64,000 bases of DNA from assembly GCA_036004985.1 (NCBI GenBank), contig DASYQX010000049.1, positions 18,377 to 82,376 of the forward strand. Direction: 5' to 3'. Below the pieces are notes generated by a model. That model was not told the origin of the DNA. It saw only the letters and a program-made list of their open reading frames with translations, and searched no databases. Shown piece after piece: positions 39,603 through 48,110 of this stretch (position 1 is the first letter of the stretch; each line of letters begins with the position of its first letter). The DNA is from Gemmatimonadales bacterium (GTDB lineage: Bacteria; Gemmatimonadota; Gemmatimonadetes; Gemmatimonadales; GWC2-71-9). A program made the position numbers and the translations under genes.

Positions 39603-41731
39603 CAGGGATAGAACTTGGCGTTGCGGCGGGCGTGCTCCTGGAGAACCTCGCACGGGGCGAACCGCGGACCGTGGCGCTCGGCGAGGCGCTCGAGATCGGC
39701 GACCAGCCGCGCCGCGCCCAGGTCGTCGGCGTGACGCAGCGGTCCGCCGCGAAAGGGCGGGAAGCCGAACCCGTAAATCGCGCCGATGTCCCCGTCGCGC
39801 GGCACGCGAACCACACCCTCGCCGACCGCCCGCGCCGCCTCGTTCAGCATCCCGAGCACCAGGCGCTGCAGGATCTCCGCCGGACGGGGACCGCCGTTGG
39901 GGTGCACGCCCAGCAGCTCGTAGACGCCGTCGTCCACGCCGCGCTTCTTGCCGCCGCGGTACTGGTAGAACCCACGCCCCGACTTGCGGCCCAACCTTCC
40001 AGCCTTCACCAGGGCCGCCACGCTGCCGGTCGGTTGCAGGCGATCCCCGTAGGCCTCCTGCATCACGTGCGCCACCTTCTCCGCGACGTCGAGGCCGACT
40101 TCGTCCAGCAAGGTCACCGGACCCACGGGGAACCCGAAGCGCACCGCCATCCCATCGATGTCCTCGATGGACGCGCCCTCGGCGAGCAGGTGGCCGATCT
40201 CGTTCGCGTACGGAGCGAGGATGCGGTTCACCCAGAAGCCGGGACTGTCCTTCACGACGATGACGGTCTTGCCCATGCGGCGCCCGAACGACACGGCGGT
40301 GCTGACGGTGCCGGGCGCCGTGCGCGCCGCGGGAATCACCTCGAGCAGCGGCATCTTTGCGACCGGAGAGAAGAAGTGCATCCCGATCACATGTTGCGGG
40401 TTCCGCGCGGCCTCGGCGATTCGCGTGATGGGGATCGTGGAGGTGTTGGAGGCGAACACGCCCTCCCCCGATTGCGCGCCCTCCACCTCACGCAACACCT
40501 GCTGCTTCACCGCCAGGTCCTCGAACACCGCCTCGATCACGAGCTCGGCCCGGCCGAACCCGGCGTACGTGTCGCCGCCCGAGAGCAACGCCACCAGCTG
40601 GGCATGCTCGTATTTCGTGATGCGGCGGCGCTGCAAGCGGTCGTCGAGGACCGCGCGCGCCGCGCTCAACCCCTGCGCCACACGCGCGAGATCGGCGTCC
40701 TTGAGGCGGACGTCCACTCCCGCTTGTGCCACCGCCGTCCCGGCGATCCCCGAGCCCATGAACCCCGAGCCGACGATCGCGAGCCGCTTCACGCCGACGG
40801 GCGGCGGCGCATCCCGCACCCCCGGGTCCTTCTTGAGTTGCGTGGTGGCGAAGAAGATCTGCACCAGCTTGCGCGACACGTCCGTGACGGCGAGTTGGCC
40901 GAACAGCTGCGCTTCACGCTTCAGGCCTTCAGCCATCCCGCGCCGCAGACCGTACTCCACCGCCTCGAGCGCCGCGAGCGGCGCGGGGTAGTGGCCGCCG
41001 GTCCGCTCGAGCACCTGCCTGCGGGCGGTGCGGAACACGAGGCGTCTCCCCAGGGGATTGCCGTCGAGCAGCCACCCTGTGAACCCGCCGAGACGGTGGC
41101 GTTTGGGCCGCCAGCCACCAGCCAGGCGGCGCGCCGCCGCGAGCGTGATGTCGCGCAGGATCGCAGGAGGCACCAGTTCGTCCACCATTCCGAGCCGGAA
41201 TGCTTTGGCCGCCCGCTCGGTCTTGCCCCCCAGGATCATGTCGAGCGCGGCGCGGGCCCCGACGCGGCGCGGGAGGCGCTGGCAGCCGCCGGCCGCGGGC
41301 AGGATGCCGAGCTGCACTTCGGGCAGGCCGATCTGCGTCTTGGGGTGGTCGGTCGCCACGCGGTAGTGGCAAGCGAGGGCGAACTCGAACCCGCCGCCGA
41401 GGCAGGCGCCGTGGATCCCGACGGCGACGGGCTTGGGGCACCGCGCCACGCGGTCGAGCATCTCCTGGCCGTCGGCGGAGAGCCGCTCGGCGGCGGCGGC
41501 CGATTCGAGCTGCACAAACTCTTCAATGTCCGCGCCGGCAATGAAGTTGTCGGGCTTGCCCGAGAAGAAGGCCACCGCGCGCACGTCCGCGTCGTTCGCC
41601 AGGGCCTCGAAGCACGCGACGAGCTCGTCTTTCACGGGGCGCGAGATCGTGTTGACCGGGTGATCCTTGCTGTCCAGCATCACGACGGCGATGCCGTCGG
41701 TGACGTCCCAACTGAGCGCGGGGCCGGCCAT
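39602..41731 (-). CDS. Fatty-acid oxidation complex alpha subunit (enoyl-CoA hydratase / 3-hydroxyacyl-CoA dehydrogenase, FadJ/FadB-like)
   Basis: Start at ATG 41731 (MAGPALSWDVTDGIAVVML), forming a TGATG overlap with the thiolase stop. A crotonase fold is followed by the NAD-binding motif AIVGSGFMGSGIA. The upstream part of the track ORF is an artefact. Confidence 0.9.
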   Translation of the reverse strand: MAGPALSWDVTDGIAVVMLDSKDHPVNTISRPVKDELVACFEALANDADVRAVAFFSGKPDNFIAGADIEEFVQLESAAAAERLSADGQEMLDRVARCPKPVAVGIHGACLGGGFEFALACHYRVATDHPKTQIGLPEVQLGILPAAGGCQRLPRRVGARAALDMILGGKTERAAKAFRLGMVDELVPPAILRDITLAAARRLAGGWRPKRHRLGGFTGWLLDGNPLGRRLVFRTARRQVLERTGGHYPAPLAALEAVEYGLRRGMAEGLKREAQLFGQLAVTDVSRKLVQIFFATTQLKKDPGVRDAPPPVGVKRLAIVGSGFMGSGIAGTAVAQAGVDVRLKDADLARVAQGLSAARAVLDDRLQRRRITKYEHAQLVALLSGGDTYAGFGRAELVIEAVFEDLAVKQQVLREVEGAQSGEGVFASNTSTIPITRIAEAARNPQHVIGMHFFSPVAKMPLLEVIPAARTAPGTVSTAVSFGRRMGKTVIVVKDSPGFWVNRILAPYANEIGHLLAEGASIEDIDGMAVRFGFPVGPVTLLDEVGLDVAEKVAHVMQEAYGDRLQPTGSVAALVKAGRLGRKSGRGFYQYRGGKKRGVDDGVYELLGVHPNGGPRPAEILQRLVLGMLNEAARAVGEGVVRVPRDGDIGAIYGFGFPPFRGGPLRHADDLGAARLVADLERLAERHGPRFAPCEVLQEHARRNAKFYP

Positions 41732-42990
41732 CAGCGGCGCTCCAGGACCATGGCGAACCCCATCCCGCCCTGGGCGCAGACGGACACGAGCCCGAACTGC
41801 ACGTCGCGCCGCCGCATTTCGTTCGCGAGGGTCGTGACGATGCGGCCGCCGGTGGCGCCGAACGGGTGCCCGACGGCGATGGAACCGCCCATCACATTGA
41901 TGATGTCCTCGTTGATCTCCCAGCCCTTCTCGGCAAACCCTTGGAGGTTCGAGAGCACCTGGGCGGCGAACGCCTCGTGGATCTCGATCAGCCCGAGGTC
42001 CTTCCACTGGATGCCCGCCCGCTCGAGCGCCATGGGCACCGCCCAGACCGGCGCTTGGAGCAGCTGCCACCCGGGGTCCACCGCGGCGACGGCGTACGAC
42101 CGGATGTACGCGAGCGCCTCGTACCCGCGAGCGCGGGCGCCTTCCTGGCTCATGAGCAGCACCGCGGAGGCGCCATCGGTGAGAGGCGAGGAGTTGGCCG
42201 CGGTCACGCTGCCGTATCGCCGGTCGAACACCGGTTTGAGCTTGGCCATCTGCTCGAGCGACGTATCCGCCCGGATGCCGTTGTCCTGCGTCACCACCGG
42301 GTTGCCGGCGCGGGTGGGGAACCACGGTGCGATCTCCGACGTGAGGCGGCCGTCGGCGGTGCCCTGGGCGGCGAGCGTGTGACTGCGCAGCGCCCAGCGG
42401 TCCTGTGCCTCGCGCGTGACATGGTTCTCCTTCGCCATCTTCTCCGCTGACTGGCCCATCGACTCACCCGTGGAGGGCTCCGCGATGGCCGGCGCGACCG
42501 GGACGAGGTCGCGCGGGCGGATCCGGGCGAACGTGCGCAGCCGGGCCCCGAGCGATTTGGCCTTGCTGGCCTCGCCCAGAATGTCGGCGAGGCGGCGGGA
42601 CGCGAGGATCGGGATATCGGACAGCGACTCGGCGCCGCCGGCGATGATCACGTCGGCGTGCCCGAGCGCGATCTGGTCGTGGGCGGAGCTGATCGCCTGG
42701 TTGGCCGAGGCGCACGCGCGGTTCAAGGAGAAGGCGGGAACCTCTTTGGGGAATTGCGGGAGCAGGCTCACTTCGCGCGCTACGTTCGGCACGAGGGCCG
42801 ACGGCACGACCTGGCCGAAGATCACCTCGTCGACGTCGGCCCCGTCGAGCTCGGTGCGATGCAACAGCTCGCGCGCCGCGTGACGCGCGAGGTCCACGGC
42901 CCGCACGTCCTTGAGGACGGTCCCTGCTTTGCAGAACGGCGTGCGGCAGCCGGCGACGACCGCCACGCGCCGTCCGTTCCCCACCGGCAT
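41731..42990 (-). CDS. Acetyl-CoA C-acyltransferase (thiolase, FadA/FadI-like)
   Basis: Start at ATG 42990 (MPVGNGRRVAVVAGCRTPF). Active-site motifs NRACASANQAI, GHPFGATGGR and CAQGGMG. Confidence 0.9.
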   Translation of the reverse strand: MPVGNGRRVAVVAGCRTPFCKAGTVLKDVRAVDLARHAARELLHRTELDGADVDEVIFGQVVPSALVPNVAREVSLLPQFPKEVPAFSLNRACASANQAISSAHDQIALGHADVIIAGGAESLSDIPILASRRLADILGEASKAKSLGARLRTFARIRPRDLVPVAPAIAEPSTGESMGQSAEKMAKENHVTREAQDRWALRSHTLAAQGTADGRLTSEIAPWFPTRAGNPVVTQDNGIRADTSLEQMAKLKPVFDRRYGSVTAANSSPLTDGASAVLLMSQEGARARGYEALAYIRSYAVAAVDPGWQLLQAPVWAVPMALERAGIQWKDLGLIEIHEAFAAQVLSNLQGFAEKGWEINEDIINVMGGSIAVGHPFGATGGRIVTTLANEMRRRDVQFGLVSVCAQGGMGFAMVLERR

Positions 42991-43062
42991 TAGATTCTCC
43001 CTCTCGATATTGCGGATTGCGGATAGCACCGAAACGTACCACCGCCCCGAAGTGGGGGGGAG

Positions 43063-44754
43063 TTGGCCGCGGAGACAGCGTTCGCCCATCAAACGCGCAC
43101 CGCCACGCTGGCGTCCATGGCCGCGGACCCGGTGGACGTCTTGGTGATCGGCGGCGGGATCACGGGCGCCGGCATCGCGCGCGACGCGGCGTTGCGCGGG
43201 TTCCGCACCGCGCTCGTGGACAAAGGCGATTTCGGCGCCGCCACCTCGTCGCACTCGTCGCGGCTGATCCATGGGGGCATCCGATACCTCGAGCAGGGCG
43301 ACTTCCGCCTCGTGTTCGAGGCGAGCCGGGAGCGGCGCATCCTGCTGCGCATCGCCCCCCATCTGGTGCGGCCGCTGGCCTTCCTGTTTCCGGTGTACCG
43401 CGGCGCGCGGGTGCCGGCCTGGAAGCTCCGAGCCGGGATGTGGCTGTATGATGCCCTGGCCGCCTTCCGCAACGTGAAGGCGCACCGCTGGCTCGGCCCG
43501 AAACAGGTTCGCCGCATCGAGCCCGCGCTCAAGGACCGGGGTCTCGTGGGCGCCGCGCTCTACTACGACGCCCAAACCGACGACGCGCGCCTGGTGCTCG
43601 CGACGGTGCGGAGCGCCGCGCAGGCCGGCGCTCTGGTCGCGAACTACGCCGAGGTGACGAGCCTCCTGAAGCCGGACGGCCGGGTGCGCGGCGCGGCGGT
43701 GCGCGACGTGCTGAGCGGGGAGGCCTACCTCGTGCGGGCGCTCGTGGTCGTGAACGCGGGCGGACCCTGGGTCGATGCCCTGCGCCGCCTGGACGACCCC
43801 GCGTCACCTCCCCTCCTCCGGCTCACGAAGGGCGCCCACGTAGCGGTACCGCGGCGCCGCATCGGTCATGAGCGCGCGGTCACCTTGTTCTCACAGATCG
43901 ACGGTCGCGTGATGTTCGTCCTCCCCTGGGGCGACCTCTCGTACGTGGGGACGACCGACACCGACGCCGACACCTCCCCTGACGCCGTGCGGGTGACCGC
44001 CGAGGACGCAACGTACCTGCTCCGCTCGGCCAACGCGGCGTTCCCGGAGGCCCACCTCGCGCCCACCGACATCGTATCGGCGTGGGCCGGGCTGCGGCCC
44101 CTCCTGCGCCCGGACCGGAACGCGGCGCCGTCCGACGTCTCGCGCGAGCATCGCGTGGTCGAGAGCGCGCAGGGCCTCGTCACGGTCGCGGGTGGGAAAC
44201 TCACGACCTCCCGCGTGATGGCGCGGGATGTCACGGACCGCGTCGCCGCTCGCCTCCACGAGCTCGACGGCCGGCCGGTCGCCCGCCGCCCGCCCACCGA
44301 CCGCATGCCGCTCCCCGGCGGGGAAGCCGCGGAGCTCGACGTGCTGGTCGAGGGCGTGCGGGCGCGCGGCGCGTCGGATGCCACCGCGCGTCATCTCGTC
44401 GCGAGCTACGGCAGCGAAGCGGCCGCCGTGGTCAATCTCGTGGACCGCGATCGCACCCTCGGCGAGCCGTTGCTGCCGGGACGGCCGGAGATCTGGGCGG
44501 AAGTCGTGCACGCCGTCGAGCGGGAGATGGCGCTGCGCGTTCAAGACGTGCTGATCCGCCGCCTGCATGCGTTCTACGAGTATCCCGAGCAGGCGACGGC
44601 TTTGGTTACGCCGGTCGCGCGGCGCATGAAGAAACTCCTCGGCTGGGACGATGTCCGCGAAGCCGAGGAGCTGGTGGACTACTTCAAGGTGGTGGAACGG
44701 GCTCGCGCCTTCCGCGCCGAGATCGGCCGCGGCAGCCGGCCCATCGTGGTGTGA
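43063..44754 (+). CDS. glpD: FAD-dependent glycerol-3-phosphate dehydrogenase-like oxidoreductase
   Basis: Dinucleotide fold DVLVIGGGITGAGIARDAALRG and the SSHSSRLIHGGIRYL motif typical of GlpD. The start may be ATG 43117 instead. Confidence 0.8.
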   Translation: MAAETAFAHQTRTATLASMAADPVDVLVIGGGITGAGIARDAALRGFRTALVDKGDFGAATSSHSSRLIHGGIRYLEQGDFRLVFEASRERRILLRIAPHLVRPLAFLFPVYRGARVPAWKLRAGMWLYDALAAFRNVKAHRWLGPKQVRRIEPALKDRGLVGAALYYDAQTDDARLVLATVRSAAQAGALVANYAEVTSLLKPDGRVRGAAVRDVLSGEAYLVRALVVVNAGGPWVDALRRLDDPASPPLLRLTKGAHVAVPRRRIGHERAVTLFSQIDGRVMFVLPWGDLSYVGTTDTDADTSPDAVRVTAEDATYLLRSANAAFPEAHLAPTDIVSAWAGLRPLLRPDRNAAPSDVSREHRVVESAQGLVTVAGGKLTTSRVMARDVTDRVAARLHELDGRPVARRPPTDRMPLPGGEAAELDVLVEGVRARGASDATARHLVASYGSEAAAVVNLVDRDRTLGEPLLPGRPEIWAEVVHAVEREMALRVQDVLIRRLHAFYEYPEQATALVTPVARRMKKLLGWDDVREAEELVDYFKVVERARAFRAEIGRGSRPIVV

Positions 44755-44759
44755 CCGCT

Positions 44760-46040
44760 TCAGTTCCTGATGCGCACGCGGGACCGCACGCGGATCCGCG
44801 GGTGGTCCTGGTCGTCGATCTGCCGCAGCGCCCACGCCGCGGTGCGGCGCACGCTGCTCGACGCGTCCTGCTGCGCGGTCTTGAGCGCGTCAAGGGCCAG
44901 CGGGCTCTCGATCTCGCCGAGCGCCCACGCGGCGGTGACGCGCACGTCGATGTCGGCGTCCTTGAGCGCGGCGACGAGGGGCTCCACGCCGCGCTCGTCT
45001 TGAATCTCGCCCAGGGCCCAGCACGCCAGGACGCGCACGTCGGCGTCTGCGTCCTTCAATCCGACGGCCACGGCGGCGACGCCGCTCCCGTCCTCGATCT
45101 CGCCCAGGGCCCACAGCGCGGTCTTGCGCACCTCGGGCGCGGGGTCGCGCACCAGGGGCCCGAGGAGCGCGACGCCCTGCGAGCTCTCGATCTCGCCCAA
45201 GGCCCAGGCCGCCGCCTGGCGCACCCTGGGCTCGCGGTCCTTCGCCGCGCCGGCGAGCACGGGAACTGCCGCCGCCTCTTCGATCTCACCGAGCGCCCAC
45301 GCCGCCGCGAGGCGCACGTCGAGCGAAGCGTCTCCCAGCGCGTCGCCGAGCGGACCGATGGCGCGCCCGTCCTCGATCTGACCCAGGGACCACGCCGCAG
45401 CGCGCCGCACCTCCGGCGCGCGATCTCGCAGCGCGCGGGCGAGCGCGTCGATGGCCGCCGCGTCCTCGATCTCTCCCAACGCCCAGGCAGCCGCCCGGCG
45501 GACGCCGACCTCGGCGTCTTCGAGCGCGCTGGTCAACGGACCCATGGCCCGGGAGTCCTCCAACTGGCCCAGTCCGAGCGCGCCGGTCTCGCGAATCCCG
45601 GGGCGCGCATCCCGCAGCAGGCCGAGGAACAGCTCGTACGTGCCGTCCGGCGCTTCGTTCCCCAGCACTCGGGCGGCGATGTTGCGGACACAACGGTTAT
45701 CGTCCCGCAGGACGGCGCGGAAGGCGCCCAGCGTCGGGGTGTCGCGGCCAGACCGATGCCCATGCATCACGTCCTTCATCACGTTCCCCGCCGCGCCGAC
45801 CCATGCACCCCCTCCACGGGGCATCGGCATGGGGGTGGGCGTCGGCCGCGGCATCGGCATCGCGTAGTGCGGATCGCGGATCCAGAGGCCGCCGAAGTTC
45901 GTCAGGGACTGACCCGCCAGCTCGCAAATGGTGGAGTCGCTCGCCTTGAGCTGCGTCAGAATGCGGGCGACCTCGGCGGAGTCGAGCCGAGTACCACCCT
46001 GGGTGGCGAGCAGCAGGGCGGCGACAAGCGATGCGTGCAT
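44760..46040 (-). CDS. HEAT-repeat (PBS-lyase-type) protein with an N-terminal signal-like segment
   Basis: Nine or more consecutive 31-aa units of the form D.VR..AAWALGEIED..A...L. Confidence 0.85.
   Translation of the reverse strand: MHASLVAALLLATQGGTRLDSAEVARILTQLKASDSTICELAGQSLTNFGGLWIRDPHYAMPMPRPTPTPMPMPRGGGAWVGAAGNVMKDVMHGHRSGRDTPTLGAFRAVLRDDNRCVRNIAARVLGNEAPDGTYELFLGLLRDARPGIRETGALGLGQLEDSRAMGPLTSALEDAEVGVRRAAAWALGEIEDAAAIDALARALRDRAPEVRRAAAWSLGQIEDGRAIGPLGDALGDASLDVRLAAAWALGEIEEAAAVPVLAGAAKDREPRVRQAAAWALGEIESSQGVALLGPLVRDPAPEVRKTALWALGEIEDGSGVAAVAVGLKDADADVRVLACWALGEIQDERGVEPLVAALKDADIDVRVTAAWALGEIESPLALDALKTAQQDASSSVRRTAAWALRQIDDQDHPRIRVRSRVRIRN
44790..45640 (-). repeat. 93-bp-period coding tandem repeat (HEAT units)
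   Basis: The ctcgatctcgcc-type motif recurs at about 44813, 44906, 44999, 45092, 45185, 45278, 45371, 45464 and 45557, a spacing of exactly 93 nt. Confidence 0.85.
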
Positions 46041-46072
46041 GACGACCTCGACGTCAGAAGGTCCGGGGAGCT

Positions 46073-47020
46073 GTGGGGGCGCTCCTGAACTTGGATGGGC
46101 GGCCGGTGCCGAAGGTTGCCGCGCTCGGGAATGCCGGTATTATCTGCCCCGTGGTGCGCCCCCCTCCCCTTGGCCCCCCCTCCCCCCGCTGCGGACTCCG
46201 CGCGCTGCTGATCGGCGCGTGGTGCGTGGCCGCGGTCGGCGCATGCCGGCCCGAGCCCCAAGGTACGCGGGCTCTCGCCGGCGGTCCCGCCGACTCGCTG
46301 ATCCCTGCCGGTCCACTGGGCGACGCGATCCGGCGGGGCCGCGGGCTCCTCGTCGCGACGCGTGACAGCCTGCCGGGCCACGTCGGCAACAAGCTGCGCT
46401 GCGTGAGCTGTCATCTGGATGAGGGCCGCCGCGAGAGCGGTACGTGGATCGGCGTGTTCGCGCACTATCCTCAGTACCGGCCGCGCAGCGGCACGATCGA
46501 GACGATCGAGTTCCGCGTGAACGATTGCTTCCGGCGCAGCATGAACGGTGCGGCGCTCGACCCGGCGGGCCGCGACATGGCGGACATCGTGGCGTACTTC
46601 GCGTTCCTGTCGCGCGGTGTGGCGGTCGCCACGCCGCCGCCGAGCACGCGCCTGCAGCAGTGGGCCGCGTTCACGGCCGACACGGCGGCGGGCGCGCGGG
46701 TGTTCAGCGCGCAGTGCGCCGCCTGCCATGGGGCGCGGGGTGAGGGAGCCCTCGCAGGCCCGCCGCTCTGGGGCCCGGACTCCTACAACGTCGGCGCGGG
46801 AATGGCGCGGGTGCGGACGGCGGCGGAGTTCATCCGCCGCAACATGCCCTTCGACAAACCCGGCACGTTGACCGACCAGCAGGCGTTCGACGTGGCGGCT
46901 TACGTGAACGCGCAGCCCCGCCCCGATTTCCGGGGCAAGGAAGACGACTGGCCCAACGGCAATCCTCCGCCCGACGTCGCATATCCAACCCGGGCGGCGC
47001 GACAGCAGAAGTCCCGTTAG
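46073..47020 (+). CDS. tsdA: TsdA-like dihaem c-type cytochrome (thiosulfate dehydrogenase family)
   Basis: Two CxxCH motifs (CVSCH, CAACH). The blocks YPQYRPRSGTIETIEFRVNDCFRRSMNG and PPLWGPDSYNVGAGM closely resemble what I recall of Allochromatium TsdA, including the Cys that ligates haem 1. The true start is probably GTG 46151 or 46154, before the LRALLIGAWCVAAVGAC signal with a lipobox. Confidence 0.75.
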   Translation: MGALLNLDGRPVPKVAALGNAGIICPVVRPPPLGPPSPRCGLRALLIGAWCVAAVGACRPEPQGTRALAGGPADSLIPAGPLGDAIRRGRGLLVATRDSLPGHVGNKLRCVSCHLDEGRRESGTWIGVFAHYPQYRPRSGTIETIEFRVNDCFRRSMNGAALDPAGRDMADIVAYFAFLSRGVAVATPPPSTRLQQWAAFTADTAAGARVFSAQCAACHGARGEGALAGPPLWGPDSYNVGAGMARVRTAAEFIRRNMPFDKPGTLTDQQAFDVAAYVNAQPRPDFRGKEDDWPNGNPPPDVAYPTRAARQQKSR

Positions 47021-47041
47021 TTCACCAACAGGAGGTACCGA

Positions 47042-47722
47042 ATGTTTCGTCTCGAAGAGCTTTCCACGCATCGGCGCGGGTTCCTCGGCACCCTCGCCGC
47101 CGCGGCCGCCGCCGGTGTGGCCGCCCTGACGCCGCTCGGCCTCGCCGCCCAGCCGCGGCGCCGCGGGTCTGCAGCCGGGCCCGCCGACCCCAGCTATGCC
47201 GCGTGGCTCAACCGCATCAGCGGCAGGCACAAGATGGTGTTCGACGCCCCCGAGGTGAACGGCGGCATGCCGGTCATCTGGCCGCGGGTCTGGCTCAACA
47301 CCACGAACGACAACTACGGCACGACGGACGCGCAGAACTCGGGCGTCGTGATCCTGCGGCACGCGGCGATCCCGCTGGCGATGCAGGATGCGCTGTGGGC
47401 GAAGTACAACCTGGGCGAGGTGTTCAGCATCAAGGACGGCGACGCACCGGCAACGCGCAACGTCTTCGCGAAGCCGCTCCCGCTGCCGATCGGCGGCACG
47501 GGCGTGGAGCAGCTGCTCGCCAAGGGCGTGCTGTTCGGCGTGTGCAACATCGCGCTCACGATCTACAGCGGCGCCGTGGCGCAGAAGATGGGGATGGATG
47601 CGGCGGCTGTGAAGCAGGATTGGGTCGCGGGCCTCCTCCCCGGCTCGCAGGTGGTCCCGTCCGGCGTGCTGGCCGTGAGCGGCGCGCAGGAGAAGGGTTG
47701 CGCCTACTGCTTCGCGGGTTGA
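47042..47722 (+). CDS. Tat-exported DsrE-like (COG1416-type) protein, function unknown
   Basis: Twin-arginine signal HRRGFLGTLAAAAAAGVAAL. The C-terminal pattern FGVCNIAL...LLPGSQVVPSGVLAVSGAQEKGCAY resembles DsrE/DsrF-like sulfur-relay folds. The assignment is from memory. Confidence 0.5.
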   Translation: MFRLEELSTHRRGFLGTLAAAAAAGVAALTPLGLAAQPRRRGSAAGPADPSYAAWLNRISGRHKMVFDAPEVNGGMPVIWPRVWLNTTNDNYGTTDAQNSGVVILRHAAIPLAMQDALWAKYNLGEVFSIKDGDAPATRNVFAKPLPLPIGGTGVEQLLAKGVLFGVCNIALTIYSGAVAQKMGMDAAAVKQDWVAGLLPGSQVVPSGVLAVSGAQEKGCAYCFAG

Positions 47723-47745
47723 CGACCTGTTCTGCGATGTCGAGC

Positions 47746-47769
47746 GGGGCCGCGCGCACGCGCGGCCCC
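47746..47769. terminator. GC-rich hairpin between convergent genes (possible bidirectional terminator)
   Basis: ggggccgcgcg-ca-cgcgcggcccc, perfect 11-bp arms, lying between the stop at 47722 (+) and the stop at 47777 (-). Confidence 0.5.
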
Positions 47770-47776
47770 GCGTGCT

Positions 47777-48100
47777 TCAGCCGGTCGGGTAGGGCGCATC
47801 GTCACGACGCCCGCCCCCCGCGACGCGCTCGATCACCCACGCCACGCCGGCCCCGAGCGCTTCATAGGCCCCGAGAACCACCAGGGTCATGACCATGGAC
47901 ACGGTCACCGAGGCAGCCGACCCCTTGGGGCCATCGAGCAGATCGGCCTTGTAGTGCTCGAAGTCTTTCGTGTACTCCGCCAACGTGAGCTGCTCGCCGC
48001 GCCGGTGATCGGCCGCGACGCTTGCCGCGATTGCGTAGCCCAGCGCCATACCAAAGACGAGCGCCACGAAGCCCTTGCCGATGATCTGATGTCTGGTCAT
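47777..48100 (-). CDS. Hypothetical small membrane protein (two predicted TM helices)
   Basis: Hydrophobic segments GFVALVFGMALGYAIAASVAA and VTVSMVMTLVVLGAYEALGAGVAWVI. It begins 10 nt downstream of the zinc-ribbon gene. Confidence 0.5.
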   Translation of the reverse strand: MTRHQIIGKGFVALVFGMALGYAIAASVAADHRRGEQLTLAEYTKDFEHYKADLLDGPKGSAASVTVSMVMTLVVLGAYEALGAGVAWVIERVAGGGRRDDAPYPTG

Positions 48101-48110
48101 TGGGCCTCCT

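Noticed and set aside
42991-43062. A short tandem attgcgg-attgcgg in the thiolase / glpD-like divergent region, considered as a possible operator.
   Set aside because: There are only two 7-nt copies, no dyad symmetry and no nearby regulator gene. The evidence is too weak to call.
41734-43575. N-terminal extensions of the track ORFs for the thiolase (to 43575), the FadJ-like gene (to 42325), lon (to 20395), the DHS-like gene (to 52838), DUF1015 (to 37271) and TPR paralogue 3 (to 32962).
   Set aside because: The extensions are Arg-rich, overlap upstream genes and precede canonical family N-termini. Those N-termini have their own ATG, usually with a Shine-Dalgarno sequence or a stop/start overlap.
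44790-45640. A regular 93-bp repeat periodicity that could suggest a CRISPR array or minisatellite.
   Set aside because: There is no alternation of a conserved repeat with unique spacers. The whole array is one open reading frame encoding HEAT units, and no cas genes are present.
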